IMG/VR virus record: IMGVR_UViG_3300048057_000022
Location: 1 to 62,465 of that record
Origin: a virus
Taxonomy: Duplodnaviria > Caudoviricetes
DNA length: 62,465 nucleotides
Reading direction: 5' to 3' (one strand)
Shown: positions 44,709 through 53,563 of the stretch, piece by piece
How positions within the stretch are numbered: the stretch's first letter is position 1
Layout of the letters: every line of letters starts with the position of its first letter
The notes under the pieces: generated by a model
Database searches by the model: none
Told to the model about the DNA's origin: nothing
Seen by the model: only the letters and a program-made list of their open reading frames with translations
Translations under genes and position numbers: made by a program

Positions 44709-45281
44709 CTAAAGCGGGATGACCCACGTATGCGAGGTATGGGTCGCATCACCCACGAGGAACGCCTTCTCCCAAAACCGGAAGACGGCGTCTGCGGTCT
44801 TCTGGTTGTACCCAATGGGGTTCCTGGGAGGCACCTCCGCGCCCGGAACCTTGGCGCCCAGCGACTTCCTCAGCGTCTCGAACCGCTCCAGGTTTAGCGC
44901 AGCGAGCGTGCCGTAGTTGAGTTCGATGCACCTTCTCGCCTTGTGCGTAGTCCCGCCAACATGAATCGACGTCGCGTCACCCAGCCTGCCGCCGATGTGC
45001 TTGTAGGTGTGCCCAGTGGCGTAATAGGGTCGGGTACTCGAAATGCCGCCGTCCTTGCGGATGCCAAGCGTGGCCTTCGAAGGGGGGAGCATGGGACCAC
45101 CTGGATTTGGGGCCCCTTCCGCAACGAAGCCTTGGGCGTTGCGACCCATGTCGATGTTCCTCCTGATCCCCGCAGCGACGCGCTCGGCAGACTTCTCCAG
45201 GAAGAGTTTCGTTTCGCGGTGGTGGCGTGCGAGCGACCTAACCGCCTGAACGAAAGGGTCTTCCATGGGTTGGAGCGCCAC
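44709..45281 (-). CDS. putative tail-completion / virion morphogenesis protein
   Basis: S.AT...R, P...TG, GT..., G..VPPR.PIG.N motifs. Confidence 0.55.
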   Translation of the reverse strand: MALQPMEDPFVQAVRSLARHHRETKLFLEKSAERVAAGIRRNIDMGRNAQGFVAEGAPNPGGPMLPPSKATLGIRKDGGISSTRPYYATGHTYKHIGGRLGDATSIHVGGTTHKARRCIELNYGTLAALNLERFETLRKSLGAKVPGAEVPPRNPIGYNQKTADAVFRFWEKAFLVGDATHTSHTWVIPL

Positions 45282-45795
45282 TGTGTCCCTCCCGCTTCTT
45301 CCTGCGTTCCTCTAGCCAGTCGTCTACGAGCCTCTTCGCCTCCGAGACGACCATGTAGCACGAGCAATAAATGGCGGGCTGCTCTAACCAGGGCTTCTCG
45401 TTGTAGAAGAACCGTGGCTGCATCCCCGAAATGTCCATCGTGATCTGCTCGATCACGGCCCGCGCCCACGCTGGCGTCGGAAACGACGCTGGGCAGAAGG
45501 TGCCGACCTTCCTCCCGCGCTTCACTCTAAGAAACGCCCTAGGGTGAACCTGTACCCCAGGGCGTTTAAGTACGGCGAACACCTGCTCGGTGAACTCCGT
45601 TAGTGCTGGAAGCATCTCTGCCTTGCTTTCAATCTGGACCTCCACCCCACCGTCCGCAAGGGTCATGGGGAAGGTGTCCGGGTCATCAAGACAGATCCTA
45701 CTTGTTTGCACCCCGTCCAGTGGACAGCCGTCGCACGTCCCCTCCTTGCTCGTGGCAAGGAAGTATGCCGTCGCTGCCCACTTTAGGAGTTTTTT
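45238..45795 (-). CDS. frameshift extension of the tail assembly chaperone (gpGT-like)
   Basis: The -1 frame is open from the slippery site (KLLKWAAT..CDGC..) into ORF 45238-45711. Confidence 0.7.
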   Translation of the reverse strand, partial: KKLLKWAATAYFLATSKEGTCDGCPLDGVQTSRICLDDPDTFPMTLADGGVEVQIESKAEMLPALTEFTEQVFAVLKRPGVQVHPRAFLRVKRGRKVGTFCPASFPTPAWARAVIEQITMDISGMQPRFFYNEKPWLEQPAIYCSCYMVVSEAKRLVDDWLEERRKKREGHSGAPTHGRPFRSGG

Positions 45796-46178
45796 TCCTC
45801 CATCTCCAGATCGGTAGACCCCAGGATATGGGAGTCTACCCGGTCGGTAATCTCCGTGGGCATGACGTTCATGATGGCCACGATCTTCGGAGACTCCTCA
45901 ACCGGGCTGTCGGTCGGGATGGGTGTCCCGTCTGCATAGCTCGCCTGAAAGCCCCTAATCAGATGGATGGACCTGACGGTCTGGGTGTAGAGGCGCTCAA
46001 GGTCTGGTATTTCCTTGGCCCTACGGCCTTTCCCGATCGTCTTGGTCATGGTCATGGACTGCTGGCGTGTCAGCCGCCTCTTGAACTCGAAACGAATCTC
46101 AAATTCGTCCCCGTCCTCATCCTCGCCACGAAACGTGAGAGGAGCGAGCCCTTCCTGCGTCAGGTCTAGCTTAATCAC
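45783..46178 (-). CDS. tail assembly chaperone (gpG-like)
   Basis: Lies after the tail tube gene; ends EEKNS with A AAA AAC. Confidence 0.75.
   Translation of the reverse strand: MIKLDLTQEGLAPLTFRGEDEDGDEFEIRFEFKRRLTRQQSMTMTKTIGKGRRAKEIPDLERLYTQTVRSIHLIRGFQASYADGTPIPTDSPVEESPKIVAIMNVMPTEITDRVDSHILGSTDLEMEEKNS
45789..45795 (-). other. programmed -1 ribosomal frameshift site A AAA AAC
   Basis: X XXY YYZ heptamer in the correct frame, one codon before the stop. Confidence 0.75.
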
Positions 46179-46411
46179 TTACTTCCCCCTTCGGGTTCTT
46201 CCTTCTTCTTCGCCGGGGCCTTCGTGGCCCCTGGCTTAGATTCAGGCTCCGATACTGCGTCCTCCTTCTTGGCTGACGCAGCCTCCATCTTCTTTCTCGC
46301 GGCCGCCACTTGAGCAGCGAACCGTACCCTGATGTGCTTGGGTTCAAGCTCAAACACATCAGGGTACGCCGCCCAAGTCTCGACCAACGCTTCGGGTCGG
46401 ACCTTGGTCAT
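46175..46411 (-). CDS. hypothetical protein with Lys/Glu-rich tail
   Basis: AGGAGG SD; lies between tail tube and chaperone genes. Confidence 0.6.
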   Translation of the reverse strand: MTKVRPEALVETWAAYPDVFELEPKHIRVRFAAQVAAARKKMEAASAKKEDAVSEPESKPGATKAPAKKKEEPEGGSK

Positions 46412-46419
46412 GTCGCCTC

Positions 46420-47616
46420 CTAAGCGGTGTACGTTGAGGCGAGGGCCAACGTGGTGGCCCGGAAGAACGAGTTTGTCCTCGTATCGAAAACAGTGTCCAA
46501 CTGTACCTCGACCAGTGGCGCCACCACGGTCGGATCAATTACGGCACGGAAGGGCACCTCCAAGGTCACGTCGGCGCCAACGTCTCCAGACGTCGGGTTG
46601 AAGGACTCGTGCAGCTTGCAGTAAGGCAGCTTGATGGTCAGATCCTGATTGGTCCCGCCCGAAAACACGACTTCAATCTCAAACTTGAGCCCGCCCACTA
46701 GGGCGTCCAGGAAGTCGCTCCCGACGTGGGCCATCCCAATGGTGCCCGTCACGGACGGACGGCCTGCTGTGGCCAGCGCGTTGTTCTCGTCGTACCCCAG
46801 CGCGTCCCGACCACTAATGCCGTTCACCATCTCAATGGTAAGGGAGTCCAGGAAGGGTCCATAGGTTGAAGATACGTCCCCGGAGTTAAGCTCCAGGGTG
46901 GTCAGGGTCATGTCTTCTGGAGTCAAGACGGGCTGGTCTGAGAAATTGCCGTTGATGCCCGGACCCCATGCCGCCTCGACTATATCCTCCACTTCGTCAC
47001 CGGACCTACCGAAGCCGGAGAATGTGAAGTTGAGGTAGTTCTCCATCCCTCGCTGCACCTCAAACCGCAACATATTGGCAACGAAGTTCTCGATGAACGC
47101 GGCGTTGTCGGCGTCGCCAAGGTCGCCGTGGCCGTACAGGTACTCCAAACCTATGGAGTAAACGTCGGCCATCTCCACCTGCTCGTTGTAGGTGGCGGCA
47201 CCGTCGTCGTAGACCCCCATCACCGCTCCGATGTGGTCTGGCTTCGCATCCAACATCCCGAACTGGTAGGTGCCCACCTCGGTCCACGGGGTCGTGAAGG
47301 TCGGGCTTCCAGCCCCAGGCGTGACGACGGTGTATTTTCGGTTGTGGAAGAAGGACATCAGAGGGAGGATCATGTCCTCAGCCCTGGCGTCGATAGGTAT
47401 GGACGCTGTTGGAAACGTCCCGTGAACGCTCACTGTGCTCGCAGCCTGAGCGGCAGTCCCGGTGATTCGGTTCTCGGCATTGCGGATCGCCCTACCGACA
47501 TTTATCTCCGGCGCCCCGGACAGGGTCGGAAAAACGCCACGCACCTGCTTGGTCGCAGACGCTCTGCCCAGATAGTGCTCTACCATTCTCAGGCCCGATT
47601 CGAATCCTCCGGGCAT
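46420..47616 (-). CDS. major tail tube protein
   Basis: Position; beta-rich with SLTIEM.N, R..VTGTI, LTIKLP and V.LEVPFRA. Confidence 0.75.
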   Translation of the reverse strand: MPGGFESGLRMVEHYLGRASATKQVRGVFPTLSGAPEINVGRAIRNAENRITGTAAQAASTVSVHGTFPTASIPIDARAEDMILPLMSFFHNRKYTVVTPGAGSPTFTTPWTEVGTYQFGMLDAKPDHIGAVMGVYDDGAATYNEQVEMADVYSIGLEYLYGHGDLGDADNAAFIENFVANMLRFEVQRGMENYLNFTFSGFGRSGDEVEDIVEAAWGPGINGNFSDQPVLTPEDMTLTTLELNSGDVSSTYGPFLDSLTIEMVNGISGRDALGYDENNALATAGRPSVTGTIGMAHVGSDFLDALVGGLKFEIEVVFSGGTNQDLTIKLPYCKLHESFNPTSGDVGADVTLEVPFRAVIDPTVVAPLVEVQLDTVFDTRTNSFFRATTLALASTYTA

Positions 47617-47618
47617 TT

Positions 47619-48092
47619 TTACCTCGCTTCTCTGGAGCTACCGCTCGCGGTGAAGATCATGGCTTGAAGACTACTGCCGTCCGTCACATAACTGGTCGGA
47701 CCACAGGAGACTCCGCCCTGGTTTAGGAGAGACAACCGCTGGCCCATGAGGCTGTCGATCACCTCTTTGGTCGTCACGGTAATGTCGCTCCCTTGGTCGT
47801 CTTTGGGTCTGCTACTCATCGCGCCCATTTTACGAAAGAGCACGACGATTAAAGCATGAAAATCCCAAAGGGTGGTCTGACCCAGGCCAGGTGAGGGAAC
47901 CATGGCGGGCGAGGCGGGCATGATGCGAACGCCGTAACGTCCCGTGCCCAACGCTTTTCTCAGCACCTCTGGGGCCGTGTCCGCGTCTGCGTCCACCACG
48001 TCCACCATGCCGCTGAGATATGCCACCTGATCTACGATCCTATCTTGAATCGCTTCTAGGAATTCGTGGAGTCTTACGTCGCCCTGTGGCAT
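47619..48092 (-). CDS. putative tail terminator
   Basis: Lies before the tail tube gene; AAGGAGGAG SD. Confidence 0.6.
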   Translation of the reverse strand: MPQGDVRLHEFLEAIQDRIVDQVAYLSGMVDVVDADADTAPEVLRKALGTGRYGVRIMPASPAMVPSPGLGQTTLWDFHALIVVLFRKMGAMSSRPKDDQGSDITVTTKEVIDSLMGQRLSLLNQGGVSCGPTSYVTDGSSLQAMIFTASGSSREAR

Positions 48093-48106
48093 GGCTCCTC
48101 CTTCTC

Positions 48107-48520
48107 TTAGGGGGAGGACCTGTGGAGATAAACCGCCTTGCCCCCACCGGCCGCTGCCTCTGGTTCGGAACCGAACGAGAACGTGCCGTCCTCGACCCCG
48201 TTCCAGATTTGGTTGAGTCGAATGCGAATCCAGGCCCACTGCTCGTCGAACGCCTCGCCAGCATAAATGCCGGAGACGCGAGTCCACAGGGCCTCGTAGA
48301 CGTTTAGCTCCACGAGAATTTCGGCGTAGTCCCCGTCATCCTCTACCGCGATGGGAATGATCGTGAACCGCTCCATTCCAGAGAACCGCTCATTGACCTT
48401 CTTCGCCGACCTGCGTAGCGAGTCAGTAGCCTTGGTTTCGTCATGCTCCCACAGGTCATCTATCGCTGTGGGCACGTAAGCACGAACATCATCGACAGTT
48501 GCGTATGCCTCGAAAGACAT
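48107..48520 (-). CDS. head-tail adaptor
   Basis: AYATVDDVR N-terminal motif; position after the capsid gene. Confidence 0.7.
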   Translation of the reverse strand: MSFEAYATVDDVRAYVPTAIDDLWEHDETKATDSLRRSAKKVNERFSGMERFTIIPIAVEDDGDYAEILVELNVYEALWTRVSGIYAGEAFDEQWAWIRIRLNQIWNGVEDGTFSFGSEPEAAAGGGKAVYLHRSSP

Positions 48521-48529
48521 CGTCCGCCT

Positions 48530-48826
48530 TTACTCCTTCTTGGCCCTGGGCTTCATCGGGGCAGGCTTCCTCCTGGAGGGAGGCGCCTTCACCGGCTCCG
48601 GCTCGGGCTCCGGCTCGGGCTCCGGCTCCGGCTCGGGGGCTGGCCCCTCTGGTCGCTTGGTCACGTCCTCAAACTTCAGGACCATGTCACCAGACTGCCA
48701 CCGTTCGCAGAGATTCTGGGCGTCGATGCCCGCTAAGTCAAAGATGGCCTCCATCAGGATGCCATCGACGCGATCCTTAAACCTTGTATCGGCGCGGTAC
48801 CGTTCGTCAAACGTCAGTCTCGCCAT
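48530..48826 (-). CDS. small protein with (PE)n linker
   Basis: PEPEPEPEPEPEPEP run from GGCTCC/GGCTCG hexamer repeats. Confidence 0.65.
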   Translation of the reverse strand: MARLTFDERYRADTRFKDRVDGILMEAIFDLAGIDAQNLCERWQSGDMVLKFEDVTKRPEGPAPEPEPEPEPEPEPEPVKAPPSRRKPAPMKPRAKKE

Positions 48827-48868
48827 CAGTCTTAATCCTCGGTGGCGCCCCAGGGGAGGGGCGGGAGT

Positions 48869-48893
48869 GGGGTGGGGGCTCGCCCCCCACCCC
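48869..48893. terminator. strong hairpin after the capsid gene (no U-tract)
   Basis: GGGGTGGGGG-ctcgc-CCCCCACCCC. Confidence 0.45.
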
Positions 48894-48906
48894 GTCCGGT
48901 TAAGGG

Positions 48907-50013
48907 TTAAGTGATGTCGGGCACAGCATAGGCACCGGCATCAACAAATCCGACCGCCGCCGAGATCCGGTTGTAGCAACCGAACCCGTAGAAGTCCACC
49001 CAATAGGAATCCTTGAGCGGGAACTCCCTGTCGTCGAACCGATGGATGCCCCTGAGAGCGGCCTCCTTCGGCACTCGCCGACGCAGCGGTGCAAAAGCGT
49101 TCCTCTGGCCAGGCTTTTCAACGGTGCTGGCGAACCCGATGTAATAATTGTCAGGCAACCACGGCACTTCGCGAATCCAGACCTTGGAGGCGCTGTTCCA
49201 CCCGAGGTACCTGTCGCCATCGACCTTCGCCCAGATTTTGTTGATGTCGGACACCATCTGGTCGTTGGCTTTGATGTGGTTCGTGAAGGCAATGACCGTT
49301 GACTTCAGGTTGGTGGGAATCCATACCTCGATGTGCCCACCGTAGCCACCGATGGACCGCGCTTCACCGAACCCATGCTCCCGGATCTCGGTGGCGAGGA
49401 GGGTTAGGTCGGCCTCATCAAAAGGCGTCCCATTGGCCATGTGGTGGTCGTGGGTACCGTCGAACGAGTTCCCCTGCCAAGGCGGAGGCGTGTAGTCAGC
49501 GTCGTTGCCAACCAGCGGCTTGACGGCGAGGTCCCCGTCCTCCTGGAAGAGGGTGTCGCTCCAGGTGTAGGCAGTGTTGCTAAACAATGCCCGCAGAGCG
49601 CCCTTGTAGAGGCCCATGAGGTGTCCACTCATGATCTCTTCAAAGGTGTTCAGAAGCTCCATGTTCGTGGCCTTCGCCAGGTAGTCGTAGCTCCAGCCGC
49701 TCCGCATCTCGTACTTGTAGATCGGGTACCCGACCCCAGTGAGGCCAGATACCTTCCGACGCCTGGGACGGCCCGTCTCGGTGGCGTCTTCCCACTCACC
49801 GATCTCGTTGTGCTGTCCGATAAGAGCAGCACGATCAGTGGTGGTAATGGCGAGCCCGCCAAGAATTAGGTCCGTAGCAGCGTTGCGTGCCTCCTGTCTC
49901 GCATCAATCATCTCGCGGATTCTCTCACGAGACAACTTCTCAATGTCCATCCCCTGGACAGTACCGCCGAGAAGATCCGGGGACAGGTGGATTCCATAAG
50001 ACGTGTCAGCCAT
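48907..50013 (-). CDS. major capsid protein
   Basis: 368 aa; follows scaffold and decoration genes; PP.WQG..FDGTH.H, REHG and YGFG..NR..A motifs. Confidence 0.75.
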   Translation of the reverse strand: MADTSYGIHLSPDLLGGTVQGMDIEKLSRERIREMIDARQEARNAATDLILGGLAITTTDRAALIGQHNEIGEWEDATETGRPRRRKVSGLTGVGYPIYKYEMRSGWSYDYLAKATNMELLNTFEEIMSGHLMGLYKGALRALFSNTAYTWSDTLFQEDGDLAVKPLVGNDADYTPPPWQGNSFDGTHDHHMANGTPFDEADLTLLATEIREHGFGEARSIGGYGGHIEVWIPTNLKSTVIAFTNHIKANDQMVSDINKIWAKVDGDRYLGWNSASKVWIREVPWLPDNYYIGFASTVEKPGQRNAFAPLRRRVPKEAALRGIHRFDDREFPLKDSYWVDFYGFGCYNRISAAVGFVDAGAYAVPDIT

Positions 50014-50032
50014 GGTAATCTATCCTTTCCCC

Positions 50033-50881
50033 TTACAGGCTAGGCATGGCAAGCTCGATCTGCGTGGCGTTGATGGCCACTCCGATCGCCTTGCCGTTCT
50101 TGGTTCCTGCTACACCGTCGTAGAAATCGGCGGTGAGGCAGTCTGACGCATCGGTCATGTCATCGGTGTTCGCCGTCCAGGCCGAATCAGCTTTGGCGTT
50201 GATCGTGATGTAGCCGAGTGCGGCCTTATCAGCGTCAGCGGCGGGCAGTGCGGCGACCGCGAGTGCCTCCGAAGCATATACCTGGTCGGCGAGTCCACCG
50301 GCAGCCTTGGTGCTGACTGTACCGGAGATGTTCACCTGAACCAGCCATGCGCCCCAGAAATCACCTGTTGCGGGAGCCACATTGATGGTATCGGCCAGCG
50401 TGAACGTAATGTTGTCCGCAGCGGCCTTGGTAGCGGGCACCCCGTTGATAACGAACTCAGCGGTGGTGGTCGTCTTGAACTTCGTCGCGTCGGCCCCGGA
50501 AATAAGCAGGGTGCCGATGCTCACGAGCCCGTCCTCTGGATCTCCGTCAGCGATCGCGCCCGCAGTCAGCGAGTTATAGAGAACCGTTCCGGCCGTGAGG
50601 CCGGTAAAGCCCTCCATGATCCCACGCTTCCTTACGGTGACACGATAGCCCGCGCCCCCAGCGGTCGTCCTGACTGCCTTGAACGACTCTACCATTCCAA
50701 ACGGGTTAGAGAGCCCGCTGGAGAGAGCCGCGTCGCAAAGATCGACTTCGTCGTTTCCAGACACGGCGACGATCTTCCCGGCAGTGGGGGTGAAACCAGA
50801 GGCGGCATCCATCGTTGTAACCTCAGACGCAGCGCCTTCTACGGCACGCACCGAGGCTGCAACAACAGTAATGTCAGCCAT
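50033..50881 (-). CDS. head decoration / capsid cement protein
   Basis: Lies between scaffold and capsid; GLTAG..LY.S.TAG.I and IGVAI motifs with an inserted domain. Confidence 0.65.
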   Translation of the reverse strand: MADITVVAASVRAVEGAASEVTTMDAASGFTPTAGKIVAVSGNDEVDLCDAALSSGLSNPFGMVESFKAVRTTAGGAGYRVTVRKRGIMEGFTGLTAGTVLYNSLTAGAIADGDPEDGLVSIGTLLISGADATKFKTTTTAEFVINGVPATKAAADNITFTLADTINVAPATGDFWGAWLVQVNISGTVSTKAAGGLADQVYASEALAVAALPAADADKAALGYITINAKADSAWTANTDDMTDASDCLTADFYDGVAGTKNGKAIGVAINATQIELAMPSL

Positions 50882-50892
50882 AGGTCAAACTC

Positions 50893-51567
50893 CTACTCGG
50901 ATTGTTTCGTTAGTCCAGCCAGTTCGGCTTCACTCTGCCCCATCGGGCTCCAAGCGAGGTCCTTCGCCACCGACCTGCTGGCGTCTCCAGTTCCCGTCTC
51001 GGCCGGGCTGCCCTCGTCTCCTTCGGACAACTCGGTCGCACTCCTCCCAGAACCAGACACGGACAAAACGGCGTTCACGATCTTCAGCCTTCCCAGGAAG
51101 TCGTCCTTGGGCATGTCCTCCAGAAGGGATTCGATGGGCTCCTTTACGGCGTCACCCATCTCCTTCACTTCCTTCATCCGTTTCAGGTAGGCCGCCTTCA
51201 CATGAGCTTGATACTTCTCAAGCAACGGAACCCTTTCGGCGGCCGCCTCCAACTCCATCAGCCGCTCGGTTTTCAGATCCTCCTCCGACTTGTCCTTGTC
51301 CTCAAGCTCCTTCAACTTCTCCTTGAGGCCGGGGACTTCCTCGACGAGTTTCTTCAGGTCCGTGTTCTCTTCACGCCTTGCCTTGGACTCAGCCCTGAGT
51401 TCCTTCACGTAGGCGATCAGTTCGTCATTTGAAGACTCCTCCAGCTTCTTCTTGCTCTGGCTCTCTTCGCCGTCACCACCGTCGCTGGTATCGGTGCTTG
51501 AGGTGCCATCGTCAGTGGCATCTCCCACCTCACCTTCTTCAGTCTTCTTTACTTCCTCTTCAGCCAT
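50893..51567 (-). CDS. capsid scaffolding protein
   Basis: Acidic N-terminus, YVKELRAESKARR and a coiled coil. Confidence 0.75.
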   Translation of the reverse strand: MAEEEVKKTEEGEVGDATDDGTSSTDTSDGGDGEESQSKKKLEESSNDELIAYVKELRAESKARREENTDLKKLVEEVPGLKEKLKELEDKDKSEEDLKTERLMELEAAAERVPLLEKYQAHVKAAYLKRMKEVKEMGDAVKEPIESLLEDMPKDDFLGRLKIVNAVLSVSGSGRSATELSEGDEGSPAETGTGDASRSVAKDLAWSPMGQSEAELAGLTKQSE

Positions 51568-51584
51568 CGTGGCCTCCAGTTGGA

Positions 51585-53243
51585 CTAGCTTTCGGGCTGG
51601 GAATTAGACCTCGCCGTCGCGTTGGGGTCTGCGGTACGCCCAGCTTCCGGCTCACCTGCCTTTAGGTCCTCCTCGATCTCGTCCTGCATTTCATCAAGCT
51701 CTGCCTCAGACGCCTCGGGATGCCGCTTTCGTAGCTGCTCGCGACGCGCCTCCAGGCCAGCCTGCGTCTCGATCTGGTCCTTCTGGGCCTCGGTGTAGGT
51801 GTCTACTCCAAACCCCTCGGCGGGCCAGGTCACAACCACGCGGGAGTCGATCAACGTTTTCGCAGCAGCCTCTGGGAGACAGTGGAAGGCCGTCATGTCC
51901 CTTACCGACTGAAAGAGGTCGCTCTCTGCCTTGTTGGCCGCAAGAATCTTCCTACGCCGCCTCCGCTCGCTCCTGCCCTGTAGGCGACCCAGCGCCGGGG
52001 ATGACCGTAGCTGCCCGAGGCCGCCACCACCTTGGCCACCTCGCTCAACCTGCGACAACCCTAACGCCTCGTCCAGCATTTGGTGAATCCTGGAATCGTT
52101 GAGGCCGACATCCCCTAGGTCGGCAGGTGCAGCCACCTTCAGGATCTTCGCCAGCGGGTCCTGGGCCACGTAGGCCACGTTCGGGCCCCGCTCTAGGACT
52201 TGCCTGCCGCTCGCATCCTCCCGCATCGGGGGGTCGAACGCAACGTAGAGAGTCTCCGGGAACGCATGGCTCCTGGAGATTTCAGCGTTGGTATAGGTGT
52301 TCTCAAGGAGAAGCATCTGGGCCGCCATCGCGTCTTCGGAGTCTGCGATGTCGGACGGGTTGCGGAACCACGAGAAGAGGGTCCGCACGTCACCGTACCG
52401 ATTCACGCCCCTCCACGAGTGTTCCTCTTTCTTGCTGCCCAGCCACCGAAGCCAGAGGTCGTCCGTGATAAGTTCGGTGATCGTGCCCCTCTCGCCCGGA
52501 TAACAGTCGCCCTCGGTCAGCGAGGACATGGAGTCATTCATCGGCTTCTTGTACCAACGGATGACGGCACCTAGCTCGCGAGGGGTCTGCGGGTGGGGGA
52601 TGGGAATCACCTGGAGGTTGTCTAGGCGCTCCAGCCATACGCAACCACGAGCGCGGTGGGTCGCCCTGTCGGTATCCGTCTTGCCGAAAGACCGAAGGCG
52701 CCGCGCTGCGCCGTCGAGCCAGAGGTTCATGATGAGGGCGCCACGCTCGGAACCGACCACCCTCCACGAGTCCCACATAAAGCTGGAGATGTCGTTCTTC
52801 CTCCAGAAGCGGTGGGTGAAGTATTCCTCCAACCACTTCCTGTCCTCCTTCGAGGCGGTCGCCCACTCTTCCCACTCAACCCTACGATGCACAGAAACGC
52901 CGACCCCTGATGCGTACAGGGCGTCGGCATGGGTCAGGACTCCCTCGCGCAAGCGGTTCCACGCGAGGTCCCCCATCCTCTCCGCTCTTATTTCTTTGTC
53001 GCTGGGGTCTTCGTCGGGCCAGTCGGGAATGTAATAATCCCCGTGGTTCAGCCCCGTACCTTGAATCTGGTCGCCGTTGTAAAAGTCGCGGAGCTTCTGG
53101 ATCTCCTCACGGTAGTCGGCGTAACTTTGATACGCCTCGTCAACCACCTTGAAATAGGACCCATCGGGGTCGGATGTTGAAGTCCTAACGGCACCAAAGA
53201 CATTTCGCGAGATTTCAAGAGCCTTAGAAAGCAGACTGCCCAT
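51585..53243 (-). CDS. portal protein
   Basis: 552 aa after terminase; LRDFYNGDQ near the N-terminus; V.WP and acidic C-terminal helix. Confidence 0.75.
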   Translation of the reverse strand: MGSLLSKALEISRNVFGAVRTSTSDPDGSYFKVVDEAYQSYADYREEIQKLRDFYNGDQIQGTGLNHGDYYIPDWPDEDPSDKEIRAERMGDLAWNRLREGVLTHADALYASGVGVSVHRRVEWEEWATASKEDRKWLEEYFTHRFWRKNDISSFMWDSWRVVGSERGALIMNLWLDGAARRLRSFGKTDTDRATHRARGCVWLERLDNLQVIPIPHPQTPRELGAVIRWYKKPMNDSMSSLTEGDCYPGERGTITELITDDLWLRWLGSKKEEHSWRGVNRYGDVRTLFSWFRNPSDIADSEDAMAAQMLLLENTYTNAEISRSHAFPETLYVAFDPPMREDASGRQVLERGPNVAYVAQDPLAKILKVAAPADLGDVGLNDSRIHQMLDEALGLSQVERGGQGGGGLGQLRSSPALGRLQGRSERRRRRKILAANKAESDLFQSVRDMTAFHCLPEAAAKTLIDSRVVVTWPAEGFGVDTYTEAQKDQIETQAGLEARREQLRKRHPEASEAELDEMQDEIEEDLKAGEPEAGRTADPNATARSNSQPES

Positions 53244-53323
53244 GCACGACTCACAATGTCTTTTCCGGCCAGGTTGCCACTGCCACGCTCACACGTTAAT
53301 GGCTCGCCCGTTGGCCTGCAAGG

Positions 53324-53563
53324 CTATCGGCGGCGGACGGCGTAGGACCGCCTCCCCGGCAGGGGCTCGTCCTTTCTCCAAAAACGCCACCTCCATTTAC
53401 GGAGCCGCAAGTAGACCACCAGGTCCTCCCCGACGTTCACCTCGCCTACCATCTCCCACCCGTGAGAGAGGTGGTGGGCTAGGCTCGCTTCGGCCTGAAC
53501 GTTGCCCTCCGACCCCACACCCTTGCCGGAGTTCAGCCGAATCTTCACGATCTCGTATCTCAT
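53324..53563 (-). CDS. hypothetical protein
   Basis: L..GWEMVG motif; lies between terminase and portal. Confidence 0.5.
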   Translation of the reverse strand: MRYEIVKIRLNSGKGVGSEGNVQAEASLAHHLSHGWEMVGEVNVGEDLVVYLRLRKWRWRFWRKDEPLPGRRSYAVRRR

